Shown here: piece after piece, positions 37,475-49,114 of the stretch
How the letters are laid out: each line of letters starts with the position of its first letter
How positions within the stretch are numbered: the first letter of the stretch is position 1
Source: Patellaria atrata CBS 101060
Taxonomy: Eukaryota
DNA: 64,000 nucleotides
Reading direction: 5' to 3'
Assembly: GCA_010093705.1 (NCBI GenBank)
Contig: MU006095.1
Coordinates: forward strand, 372,001 to 436,000
The notes under the pieces: generated by a model
The model's database searches: none
Told to the model about the DNA's origin: nothing
The model's input: only the letters and a program-made list of their open reading frames with translations
Made by a program: the position numbers and the translations under genes

Positions 37475-38980
37475 ATGGTCAAGGTCTAGCGCCTCTCTGC
37501 TCTTACACATCAGCCATGGGCTACATCTCGTGCAGTGGCACAGCCACTCAATGAAAATCTCCCTGCGGAAAAAGAAAAGTCTCCATATTATCACCCTGAC
37601 GAATTCTATCCAGTAGAGACTGGTCGAATCCTCAATAAGAGGTACCAAATCGCCGCCAAAGTTCGTCACGGCGCCAGTAGTATAGTCTGGCTTGCTCGAG
37701 ATCTTCATCGGTTGTGCACATCTTCCCCAAATTCCGACTTTGTCTAACTATCTCTAGCTGGGCATGGTTAGAGGAGCACTATGTTGGCCTCAAGATATAA
37801 GAGAAGAGAGAATACTCTTCTGCAGACAGGGAGCTTGAACTCTGAAACATATTGCGAAGAAGAATCGCCAGCATGAAGGCTGGCAATACGTGAGGAAGGC
37901 GGTCGGTTTCTTCACAGTGAAGGGCGCACTTGGGAAGCACCTTTGCGTTATTGTGGAACCACTGCGTGAGCCCTTATCGGTCTATTGGGGTCGATTCCGC
38001 GCTGAATGGGTCATACCCGTCGAACTTCTCAAGAGACAGCTCCAGATGATCCTCAAAGGTCTTTCGTACCTTCATGACGAATGTCATGTTATCTACTGCG
38101 GTACGACACTACCCCTCACCGTACAGAATCGGTGTGCTAACGATGAGATAGACCTGAAGCTTGATAACATCATGGTCAAGGTGGAGGACGCCGCGGTACT
38201 GGCACGAGCTGCACACCATGAGTACGAAAACCCCATGCCGCAAAAGAGTGCTAGGGGAAGGATAATATACCAAGCATGGGACCATCTCGGGGACTTAGAC
38301 AAACGCACTGCCGTATTGCAGATAATAGATTTCGACTATGCGGCCTCGGGGGACGTACCACAAAGTGGCACTATACAGATAGAGCCCTACCGTTTCCCGG
38401 AGGCGAGACCAGAGGCGGGATATTCGTACAGTGCAGATATCTGGAGCCTTGGGGTCATGGTATGGACCCCACTGTAATAGTTTCTAGCTATGGTCTGTAC
38501 TGATATGGAGATAACAAGATATTGGATTTACTGGGAGGAGAGAAGCTGTTTCCTTTGTCTTGCTTACGTAAGAATGGCGATGATGGGCAGCCCCATCTCG
38601 CCCATATCACTGCTCTCCTCGGCTTCCCTGCTTGTTCGTGGCAGCAGGACCGCAATGGTATACAAGGCCGACGGTACGTACATCTCTTCCCCTTTATGCG
38701 ATTCCTCCACTACCTTACCCTCGACCTTCTATCCTACGTACGATTTGACTGTATAGTATGTGGAGCTTGTGCGGAATGTGCTAATGTATCAAGTCAGAAA
38801 ACCTTAGGGATCTGGGAGCCGTTCGCAGCGGTTTCAGCTTCGAGATTACTGTACAACATATAATGGGTGAAGAAAAGAGAAAGTTTATCGGGTTCGAACG
38901 GAATATGTCGGTATGAAATTCGGAAGAACGTGCCACAGCAATGGACCTTCTCAAGGAAACCTTGCTGTATAATGAGTATT
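37475..38980 (+). pseudogene. SRPK/Dsk1-like (CMGC) protein kinase pseudogene
   Basis: YHPDEFYPVETG..RYQIAAK..VWLARDL, HLCVIVEPLREPL, DLKLDNIMV, YSYSADIWSLGVM. Lesions: TAG 37487, TAA 37798, frameshift near 37843, TGA 38914; degenerate DFG (DFD) and APE (FPE). End approximate. Confidence 0.88.
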
Positions 38981-39334
38981 CACAGGAGGAGGTTAAGATT
39001 AGTCTTAGTGAGATCACCATTATAATATCATACTGTACATCGGGCGAGTTATTACTGAGTGGACTATATGATAACTGTAGTCTGGACTTCCCTACTGAAT
39101 TTGCGGACTAAATACATTACAATTATGAGTCTATGAAGGAATAACCAGGAGATACACCCTCCACTAATCATATCGTCATTAAAGAGTGTAAGAGAGAAGA
39201 GCCAGTTACACGCTGCAGATGCTACTTTTCCACAAGCTCAAGACTTCCAAACTTGCCATCCCCTGAAATGATATTGCTCTATCCTTTGATACGTGAAAGA
39301 GGGACCAGGTCGGTTCGAAACGGTTGGCTCCAGT

Positions 39335-39874
39335 TTAGTGGCCGTGGTGAGGGTAAGCAGTGAACGTTTCGCAGCAGAGCGACGACTTTGTGATGCAGGT
39401 GGTGTAGGGCACCTCGGTCGTCTCCGTACAGACGCTTGTCTTTGTCTTGGTGAAGATATCCACGACAGGTGTCTTGGAGGTATGGTACTTGTACGAAGTA
39501 TAGGTCTTTGTAACGGGGCAGGCAACCTCGGACTTCTCCTTCGTCTCGGTGTGGATGTGCTCGACGGAGGTGAGGACGGTGGTGATGTAGTGCGTTGTCT
39601 TCGTGACATATGGTCTGTAGACCCATTCGTAAGAGTAACTAGTCTTGACCTTTGTAACGGGGCAAGCTTCCGTGCTGGTCACCGCCTCGTAGTGTGTCTT
39701 GGTGATGGGGTAGGGGATGGTCTTTGTGGACTCGTAGGTGGACTCGTGCATGCCGGTCGAGGTCACGACGTGGTACTTCGTACTGCAAGTTGTCTCGAAG
39801 TATGGGTATCCCGGAACGGCCTGGACGAGGGCACTTGAGGCCGCAAGGGCGAGGATGACGAACTTGGCCAGCAT
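39335..39874 (-). CDS. Small secreted Thr/Tyr-rich protein with internal repeats
   Basis: 179 aa, signal peptide MLAKFVILALAASSALVQA, strong GC3 codon bias, repeated ACPVTK, 7 Cys, ends PHHGH; no GPI-like hydrophobic tail. Confidence 0.85.
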   Translation of the reverse strand: MLAKFVILALAASSALVQAVPGYPYFETTCSTKYHVVTSTGMHESTYESTKTIPYPITKTHYEAVTSTEACPVTKVKTSYSYEWVYRPYVTKTTHYITTVLTSVEHIHTETKEKSEVACPVTKTYTSYKYHTSKTPVVDIFTKTKTSVCTETTEVPYTTCITKSSLCCETFTAYPHHGH

Positions 39875-41742
39875 GTTGATGGATGGATGTTCAAGCTGTC
39901 TATGGGTATATTATAATTGATAATATAGAAGGGTCTTGAAGCGACAGGAGGAAATGATCCTAACAACGAATGTACACAGCGACGGTGGGAGACTAAAGGA
40001 CTGCGGTTGCTACGAAAGCTTCCTGCTACTGAACGCTTCTCTTTATACAACGGATGAGATGTTGATTCGAGCTTGTACGCTAGTCCTCGGTAAGATCAGA
40101 CCTTCTCATCGTGTCGTGATACGTTCAACTCCGAGCTCATTGTACGTTTAGCGGTACTATTCTGGATCGATTTAATGCACGATTCCTAGTCCCATAGCCA
40201 GATCAGATGTTTCTGCCATAACTCTGAAATACATATCCACTTTCTAAGAGTACCACTCCGTAAGATCCCACAGGTAGCACCTCAGCAAGATTGGTAAGTG
40301 TAGGAAATGCATAGATGGTGGGGCTCATCGGTCATGGTTTACTGGATGGCTATGCTGTTGAGCGAAACTATCACTCTTGGGTAGTGTCTGTGACGTAAGG
40401 TACGCTGTTGTTCTTGTCGGCAACGGTGGCGAAAATATTCAGTCTCGTTAAAGCTTTGGATCTCGTATCTGCAGAGAGCACGGATGGAAGAAACAGAATC
40501 AAATGCTATTTAGAGACTGCATGGTGGGATACATGCATTGAAAGTGGTGGGAGATCCGTACATAAGGGCCTTTTTGAAAGATCTTGAGGCGAAAATAGCT
40601 CAAAATGATGATCAAATGGATTGTCTAAAGAAAATTTATTCGTGGTAAGCTAAGTATAAGCTGCGTCTATTGGATTGACTAGGTTTGCAGAATCAATGGT
40701 ATGAAGAGATTTCGGGTAGAGAAGTAGATACAAGAGAAAGGAACTGCTCTGAGAGCCGGAACAAACTTCTAGATGAGTATAATCAATAGCATATACTGTA
40801 CCTCGTATTCTTCCCGTCGATGTACCGTGGAATTCAATTCCTTAATGAACTTTATTCGGAGACCGCGAGATTTTCTCCCACGTAAGGCCCGTGACACTTG
40901 TTTAGACATAGTAGAAATCTAATGAACCGCAGTGTTGACATCGGATATTCGTCCTTCAAGTTTACTTTCCTTGCCGTGAGCTATCCATAATATCTAGATC
41001 AATAATCCCTATTGTCCATGTATGCCGTTGGGAGAAGATTAGCATGACCACCACATGGTATGGCAAACAAACACTCGGTAGAACAATGGTTATATGTCGT
41101 ATTTTAGAATGTAGTGCCAAAAGAGAGCTCCACATCTCCAATTTCTTGCATTATTTAATAGTGGATCATTCTTTTCCGCATTTCCTCCCGTTCAAGTTAG
41201 CTCTTCGGGAAATATTAGCTCCTCATGTCCTCTCGTGGTGAGATCCAATGCTCGATCACATGATAGATATGTCCTATCCCTTAGATTCGGCAGTAGAAAA
41301 TAAGAGAAAGGGTTAGTTTAACAATATCTTGATATCGGATAAGTGGACACAGAATAGGAGGTTAGCTTCCAAAGATAGAGCCGCATGTGGTTCATATTAG
41401 ACGTGAAGCTAACGTTTTAAGGATCTTAGCGCGAAGATAGGCTAACTCAGCGAAACCTGCTCGTGAAAGCTCACTTCGCGTACAGGACTATTCATGTATT
41501 TTCACACGCTTCCGGCTTTACCTTTGTTGAGCAGCTTATAGAACCTGAAGTCTCTAGTGTTTAGCGGGCTCAATTACTTCACCACAGCTTAGAAGCTTGC
41601 TTCTACCACCATATGGGCTCACAGGAGCTACATTAGCCTCATTCACTTACCACTATAGACTTTCCATTGCTTCGTTGCTCAGTAAACCGTTGAATCTCAC
41701 GTACGAGCAATTCATTATAGTGGCACATCAAAAGTCATACTC

Positions 41743-42303
41743 ATGGCTTTCCTTCAACGCGAATCGAATCCTCTTCCGGCGCGAGTTCCTTTGGATCAGA
41801 GCCGCTTAGCTTCCTCGCCCACCTCAGGTTCCACATCAGACTCCTCTATTTTCTCGCCCCGCTCAAGACGCCAATTGGGTCTGTTCTTTGGCGGAGCAGC
41901 CTTTTTCACACTCTCCAGCCTCATCACCCGCCGCTCCTTGGTCAGACGCTACAAGTCTAATATACCACCCTACTATCACCCGAGTAATAGGCCTCATGGG
42001 GATGTCAATGGAGCTATGGAAGCATTGGAAGCGCTCAATATCGCTACACTCAATGTTGCTAGCATAGCAATGATGGCAACAGGAGGTGTTCTTTGGGCTT
42101 TTGATATATCAAGCATGGAGGATATGCGAAGAAAAATTAGAGGTGGATTGGGCATTGATGGGTCTGGCAGGTCAGAAAAAGACGCAGAAGAAGAATTTGA
42201 AGAGTGGCTAGCTACAACATTGGCAAGAAAGGAGGACAAAGCGAAAGAGCTAAAAGGGAAGTCGGAATATGCCAGAAGTAACGAACGAGGAGCATCACGA
42301 TAG
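41743..42303 (+). CDS. AIM11: Altered inheritance of mitochondria protein 11
   Basis: RSRRQLGLFFGGAAFF..ITRRS..PPYYHPSN..EALEALNIATLNV..GGVLWAFDISSMEDMR; two hydrophobic segments. Confidence 0.85.
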   Translation: MAFLQRESNPLPARVPLDQSRLASSPTSGSTSDSSIFSPRSRRQLGLFFGGAAFFTLSSLITRRSLVRRYKSNIPPYYHPSNRPHGDVNGAMEALEALNIATLNVASIAMMATGGVLWAFDISSMEDMRRKIRGGLGIDGSGRSEKDAEEEFEEWLATTLARKEDKAKELKGKSEYARSNERGASR

Positions 42304-42763
42304 TTGTACGTCGAACACAATTCTTCTATATGCTACATATCCTCCAACGTGGGTGAGATCGGCTCAGTGTTCGAAGTCGGTTGACAACGTACCCTTGTTA
42401 TATCAACAAACCTGTGACCAACATATCCTCAAAATCATTCAGAGGAATGAAAAAGAGAACTGCAGGATGCTTTCTACTTCTGGTATCAAACGAGATGTAA
42501 TATATATTCTATATATTGCAAAGATATAGGAACGTGTTTTCAATCTGTAATGGCAAACGATCGAGTTGTAAGATCGTGTATAAATCGACCCTTCTGGAAA
42601 CCAGAAAGAAAATGAAGGATAAAGTGAATACAATTAAGGCTGAGACAAGCTATCAAGTTCAAGGAGTTCATTTAATACAGCAAGGTCAAATTCAGATCGC
42701 TCATATTTGCCACCACACAATTATACTAGGATCCTGCTTTGTGTATCAGAGTGTTTCTGATAA

Positions 42764-43343
42764 TTATCTACTACCTTCTTCCTTCAAGCTATTTAAATTC
42801 GCCTTATCGACCCGGACTCCCATTTGTCCGTCCCTATTCGCTCTCCAGACACTCTCCTCATCGCCTTCGAATTCTTCCAGTTTCCAAATCTCGGCCTTCT
42901 CCTTTGTTAATTCCAGCGCTTCTTCGCCCGCCTTCCATGCTGCTTGTCGGTGCGGTGATGATACGGCTATCAAGATGCTCTCCTCGCCAACGGGGACAGT
43001 CCCAAGACGATGTATTATTGATATAGATGTGAGAGAATGTTTCGACTTGACGTCCCGAGCTATATGGAGAAGAGTCTTGAGAGCCAGTGCAGGGTATGCA
43101 TCATAACTAAGTTGTTTCACTGCCAGATTGGCGAAATTGTCACGGGTTGTGCCTTGTGGAAGTCAGTTTTTTTTTGTTGATCTTATGGTCACAAATGATG
43201 TGAGAAGCTGTACCAGCGAAAAGTACAATTGCACCAGCTTTAGGAGATCCCACTCTTTCCATACTGGCCTTTGCATCGAGAGGATCGTGCGCGAGTTCAA
43301 CATGAACATGTTCCTCCTCTATTACCATCAGATTAACACTCAT
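42764..43343 (-). CDS. cnxH: Molybdopterin synthase catalytic (large) subunit, MoaE/MOCS2B
   Basis: Exons 43343-43214 and 43152-42764. SPKAGAIVLFAGTTRDNF, LSYDAY, IHRLGTVPVGEESILIAVSSPHRQAAW, KEKAEIWKLEEF..WRAN. Confidence 0.95.
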
Positions 43344-43704
43344 TTTTGGGCTGTGATATATAATAAATTATCTGATATCACAATAAACTGAGAGAGGTCT
43401 CAGGTACTCTCAGATTAGCTTTGCGTAGGATAATGGAAATGTTCAACCGAGCAAGCGGACTATATCCGCCTGTTTGTATTCTTTTGGGAGCTCATCATTT
43501 CCTCCCCAGGCGATGACTGATGATAATCGATTGACCGCGGATGTTTGGATTGCCAAGACATGGACTGAAAACATCACTAGCACTTACACTTGACGATACC
43601 TCAGCATCCAGCTCTCCGCGCTTTCTCCCCAACCCACTTTTTACATATTTGCCTACCCGTAATAGTTGAGCATCTCTATTCTTGAACCTGTATCCATCGC
43701 TACC

Positions 43705-46421
43705 ATGACAGCTCCACCATATCATCACCAAGGAAGCAGCTCTGAACGCAGCGGCGGGAGTTACCGCTCGCTGGGACGAGAATACTATCCTGCCTCCTCT
43801 GATAATTCATACTACTCTTCTAGAGACTCTCATCGTCAATATCCATCTGCAGATGGACATCGTTATTCGTATCAGGGTACCTAAAACTAGGCTGGAATAC
43901 CTCAATAAAGGCCAGAATGTTTGCTAATATCCATTTCTGGAAGATAACCGTCGCTCTCCCCCAAGAGGCCCAAACTTAGACGATCGAAATGATCGCCGTG
44001 ACTGGCGTGCAGCAAGGAATAGAGACAACTCTAGCTTTGACGATTATGATCGTGGGAGACAGAGGTCACCATTTCGAGACCAGCACCCAAGATACAGAGA
44101 TAGAGACCGGGAGGACTACCATTCGCCCCGCCGTGGTAGTCGTAGCCGTACTCACTCTCCACGATCCGATCATAGGGAGTACGGAGATAATCGAACCAAT
44201 AAACCCAGCAGGGAGTTGATCTTGGAGAAGTTACCTATGGATTATACTGCTGAAGACGTTGGCCTACCCTCACTCCAATATCCCTGATCACCGCACACTC
44301 TTTTCCATATACTCTACATTGTATTGTCATATCATACCTCTTAAAAGCTCAAGCTAAGATTACGCGTTCGGCCACTGGTGGCCGTTACGCTGAAACAGAT
44401 CAAACATGACCTTCACCAATACTATCAACTAGACAATCTTGAGGACGTCCGAGTTATTTGTAACAAAAGCACTGGTAAGAGTTCCTCCACGTATCCCCAG
44501 TGCGCAGGTGTAAACTCATTCCTATTAGGACAATCAAAGGGTTACGGTTTCATACGGTTTCCAGACATTGAAAGTTCCACTGCATTTCTCGAAAACAATG
44601 GTCACCAACTAAGCATTCCGCCGCGTAACTCTGTAAACGAGAGTACCCGATCCTTTGAGATTTTCATAGATTTCTGCAAGGAGCGGGTTAGCCGTGGGAA
44701 GGGACCAGCAGATACAGAGTTCTTTTGCCCACGGGTAGGTCAACTGAAATTTCAGGATAAATAAGTGTTGACTTTTTCAGTGCAATGAGCTGAATTATTC
44801 ACGCCGCAACAATTGCTTCAATTGTGGTCTACCTCGTCCTGGTATGTAACGAAATGGCAATGAAAGATAATATCTAATATCTATACAGACCTTACAGCGG
44901 CCGGCTATATGAGGACGAGTCAGCTCCCAGAAATCGATTTCACTGGTGATAAGGACGCTGCTTCGGAAAGTCATCCAACGCAGTTCCTTCTTGTCCGCAG
45001 TCTCGAACCCAATGTGACAACTGAAATTCTATCAAAAGGGGTCCAGAAGTTGTACAAACAGAAAAGCTCCGAGAACTCACAATCTTCCTCCTCAAAGTCA
45101 GGTGGAAAGATTGTTTCGACAACCTCGACCGCCAACTTGGGAGCCCAGGAAGGCAGCATACATCGAGTTATGCTCGTCAGAGACCGACAGTCAAATGAAA
45201 GCTGGCGGTACGGGTTTGCTGAATTCTTCACCGTGCAGGTTGGATTCCATTTCTCAGTAAACGACTGCAATATCTAATGACGAATAGGACGCAACAGCAG
45301 CTCTTGTCAAATACAATGCACTCGACAAATTTACTATCTCCTCCAAGCCCGTAATGTTAAGCTATATCCATCCCGGAGTCTTCATCCCGGTTCTGGGTGT
45401 GGTACATCCGGAAGAAGAAAAATTTCAATTCGCCGCAGCAACCAATCCGGCTCAGAAGCTCGTTTACCGTGATGAACGCGCTTTTGTTGACGTTTTGGAG
45501 GTTCAAAGTGAACCTCCGGATATGAAACCTAAAAGCACCTCATTGGTCAATAAGCCGGATTCTGGAATACCGTTAACTGGCAATGTAGATGATATGGATA
45601 AGGTGGTGGAGCCCAAACCTAAGAAGAGAAAGGCTGAGGCAGGCTCGTCAGCGAGCAATAAAAAGGTCTGTTTCATCTAATTCCCACTGTATCATATCAG
45701 CTGACCATATCAGTTTGCACCAATCCAGCTACAGATATGGCAACAGCGCTCATCTGCGAATAAATTGGACAGCACGGCAAATCCAATGCAAAAGCCGGCA
45801 GAACCATCTAACAACTCTGGAGATGATCCAGCTGCTACTTCGACGGAAGAATCTTTCATTGACTGGACCAAAATGTGCTGCAGGCTCTGCTCGCGCCAGT
45901 TCAAGACTGAAACTGCCCTTACTAGTCACGAGAAAGAGAGCCAGTTGCATCGCGACAATCTAAAAAACGAAGACCTCAAGACTAAAGCTCGAACCCTACT
46001 CAAACGCGCTAATCAGAGTACTATTGAAACTCCTGAGTATCGAGATCGAGCCAAAGAGCGCCGCGTCGCGTTTAACCAACCCAAGAAGCCTGTCGTCCCT
46101 CAACCAGACTCTACTTCTCACGCCTCCCCACCCAAGAAGGAAGAGGAACCCGAACCAACACCTATATCTAAGGGTGCCTCTCTGCTGAGCAAGATGGGTT
46201 ACTCAGCTGGCTCTGGTCTAGGACGTGAGGGTACGGGTTCTGTTGTTCCGATCGAGATCAACCTCTACGCGAGTGGCGTGGGTCTCGGCGCGTCTGGTGG
46301 CAAGCTGGGAGACGCGATTGAGGAGGGTGCGAGAAACACTACGGGTGATTATAATGCTTATATTGAGAAGAAGAAGAGGGAGAGGTATGCGGAGCTGAGC
46401 GGACAGCACGAAGAGAAGTGA
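43705..46421 (+). CDS. RBM5/RBM10-like splicing regulator (RRM, RanBP2 zinc finger, RRM, C2H2, G-patch)
   Basis: Exons 43705-43876, 43943-44257, 44399-44474, 44529-44734, 44781-44841, 44889-45238, 45288-45665, 45714-46421. GQSKGYGFIRF, CPRC..NYSRRNNCFNC, QFLLVRSLE, SWRYGFAEF, CRLCSRQF..HEKESQLH, YRDRAKERR, SKGASLLSKMGYSAGSGLG. Confidence 0.9.
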
Positions 46422-46751
46422 GGTGATGGAGACATAGTCAAGGTTCCCCTTCTCTGCATTCGAGAGAATTCTCTGTTCGTTGATGGATATGTGCAATACA
46501 CTCGATCGGCGAACACTAATCAGGAATCTTGCATTTATGCGGTCAGTTTGGTGTTGCGTTCTTATATATCAAAACTACGATTTGTCATGTTTTGTATAAT
46601 ATAATCTACGAGCGTTAGGTACATGACGGATTCTCTACCACGTTCTACCCAGACCCTCTTTCCTTAAACCCGTATATCCCGAGCATATCACTCGTGGGAA
46701 TGTAATCCTCACCCCAATAACTCATACAACGATAACCAAACCTCGACCTAT

Positions 46752-46792
46752 CCCCCCCCCCCCCCCCCCCACCCCCCCCCCCCCCCCACCCC
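46752..46792. repeat. Poly(C)/poly(G) tract
   Basis: 41-nt C run with two A interruptions, about 80 nt downstream of the bZIP gene stop. Confidence 0.9.
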
Positions 46793-46868
46793 AAATACCT
46801 ACTCACACCATATCATTCCCATTTTCTATCTCCGCTCTAATACCTTCCAAGTCATAACGTTTCGCCGC

Positions 46869-48779
46869 TCAGACCCCACCAAACGGCACCCCCCTCCCCC
46901 CATCATCCGCCCGTTCCCTCACATTCACGGCCCCGCGCAGGAACGGAAACGCGTCCACGAGCGTCTGGCCCACGGTCCAGTTCGCCGGCTCGCCGACGTG
47001 GGCTATGAAGGCTGGACTGAGAACATATGTATGTTCGGAGCCGGCATATTTGACAGGGTTAGTGGCGTTGAGGTTTGGGGGTTGGGAGACTATGATTTGG
47101 GATATACCACCCGGCCAATTGATACTAAAGGTCGAGGTAATGAGACGCGCGAAGAGGGGGTATTGGGTGTGGTCCATGTGGTGGATTAGGCGGGTGCGGG
47201 ATTGGGGCCTGGGGGTTTAATCAGTTTCGTGTGAATTTGGGGGTGGGAAGGGGGTACTGAGGAGATGAGGGGATAAGGGGTGGGACTCACCATCCGATCG
47301 TATCGACCCAGAACGGGTGCGGCACGGCTATCTGCGCGCCCGTTGGTTTCATGAAGTCTGGGATCGCGTTGTAGTTCTGTTCCGTGGGGCTGATCTGCCA
47401 CTATGACGCATCTAAGTCCCATTTCGCACTACAATCATCCGAGATTGGGGGGGATGAGAACTCACTCTAACGAGGATACAGAGGATATACAATAACTAGA
47501 CATTGAACCATGAGTCAGTCCCATCCCACATCCCCAAATACAACTTTGAACCAGGGGAAACAAACTCACAGCCAACCGTTCCGGAAACGTATATTCGTTT
47601 ATAATCCCCACGATATTCCGCGCGATCGTCGAGCTGACTTCGTCTCCCTGAACGGGGTTCAGCAGCGCGGGAATGCGCGGAAAGTGCGCGTGCGCGAACT
47701 CGTGCAGGTCGCGCGCTCCGCGCCGCTTCGTGATCAGCCGCATGATCATGTGGTCGTGGCGGTTCGTCGGCTCCGTCCAGGTTGGCGTCGTAGCCCAGGG
47801 CGGTTTCGCGTCGCGAATGCGGTTCGCGAGGAGCCGTTGGGGGGTGTAGTTTAGGAGGACGGGGTCTTGGAGGGTGGAGGAGGGGGTTAGGGGTGGTGTG
47901 GAGGGGAGGAGGGAGGCCGCTTCTGGAACGTGGTTTAGAGCGGAGAAGTCGAGGGAGACTGGGTGTGGGCGTTAGTTTGTTGAGTTAATGGGTGTTTATT
48001 TTTGTTTTTATTTTCTTTTTTTTTTTGGTTTTTTTTTTTGGGGGGGGGGGAGGGGGGGAAGGAGGGTTATACAGTCTGCAATGTTCATGAAAGAGTCGGT
48101 GTTTGGGTTTATGGGGACCGTGAGGAAACTTTGGTTGTTCCAGAAGTCCTCGTTAAAGGAAGTATCGGGGTAGTTTGGGAACTGCAAATGGTTATCGAAG
48201 GGAGTTTCAAGGTCTGATGCTCCTTTCTCTAGGTGAGATGTATGCATTTGATCATGGCTGGTTTGTATAGTGAGATCGAACGCTGGTGCTGGAGAGTGGA
48301 TGTAAGGAGCCGCAAAATGTTGTTGCATTGTCACTTCGTGAGTATCTGGTAGAATACCACTGCTAACCCCTACATTGTTTCGGACCAGATGTACGTTACT
48401 GCTGAGAGTTCCAAATTCCGTCGTCCCTTTCTCATTTTCAAGCTCCTTTCTAGCCCTTTCGGATTGCTCGAGCGCCTCTTTCAGCAGTTTAACTTCTTCT
48501 TCCAGCTCTCTCATCCGGTTCTTGTTCTTGTTCCTGGGTCGAATATTAGACTGATATGATAGTATCTATTGGGGTAAAATCAAAGAAAGGTATATCATGT
48601 GGAAAGAGGGTACTGGATCTGTTATACCTTAATGCTCGCTGATTCTCTCGGTCAACCGCTCTCTTTCTGTAAAGTTCCTGTAAGCTCAGATTCGCCACAG
48701 ATCTCTTTGATACCGATCTGCTCAATCCATATTCTTGATAGTTAAGGGTTGACTCTAACCCCTTTTCCCCTGCTTCCAT
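46869..48779 (-). CDS. bZIP transcription factor with C-terminal DUF3425-type domain
   Basis: Exons 48779-48628, 48533-48073, 47958-47570, 47495-47466, 47400-47291, 47208-46869. Basic region RKRAVDRENQRALRNKNKNRMRELEEEV; FPRIPALLNP, PERLA, PHPFWVDTIGWPQSRTRLI, SINWP, LSPAFIAHV..NWTVG..FPFL. Confidence 0.88.
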
Positions 48780-49114
48780 GACTGGTCTTGATAGCTTGGT
48801 CGGACATATGTAAAATCCCAAGAAGAAGAATTCGAGAAATTGATAACGATAGAGAGTCTTGAATCACAGAAATGTTAGTTCAAACTTGATACTGTCTAAT
48901 AAAACGCGGGGAATGTGCTAGCAGGGTGGAGATTCTGAGATATCGGAAATAGTTATGCGGGAGCTAGCACGACCTCGCGTGAGCTCCAATTCCTCAGATA
49001 TCCAGATTCAAAAAATGATGTACGGTACTGTACAAATATTCAAAAAGGTATAACGTCGTACATGTGCTCGAGAGTATATCAACTGTCATATTCTCCTGTA
49101 CAAATTGCGAAAGG

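Noticed and set aside
39238..39838. Long antisense and alternative-frame ORFs over the Thr-rich gene
   Set aside because: Expected by-product of the real gene's strong C/G-ending codon bias.
46752..46792. G-tract in the bZIP 3' region as a G-quadruplex element
   Set aside because: Plain homopolymer of unreliable length; similar runs occur in that gene's intron at about 48000-48058.
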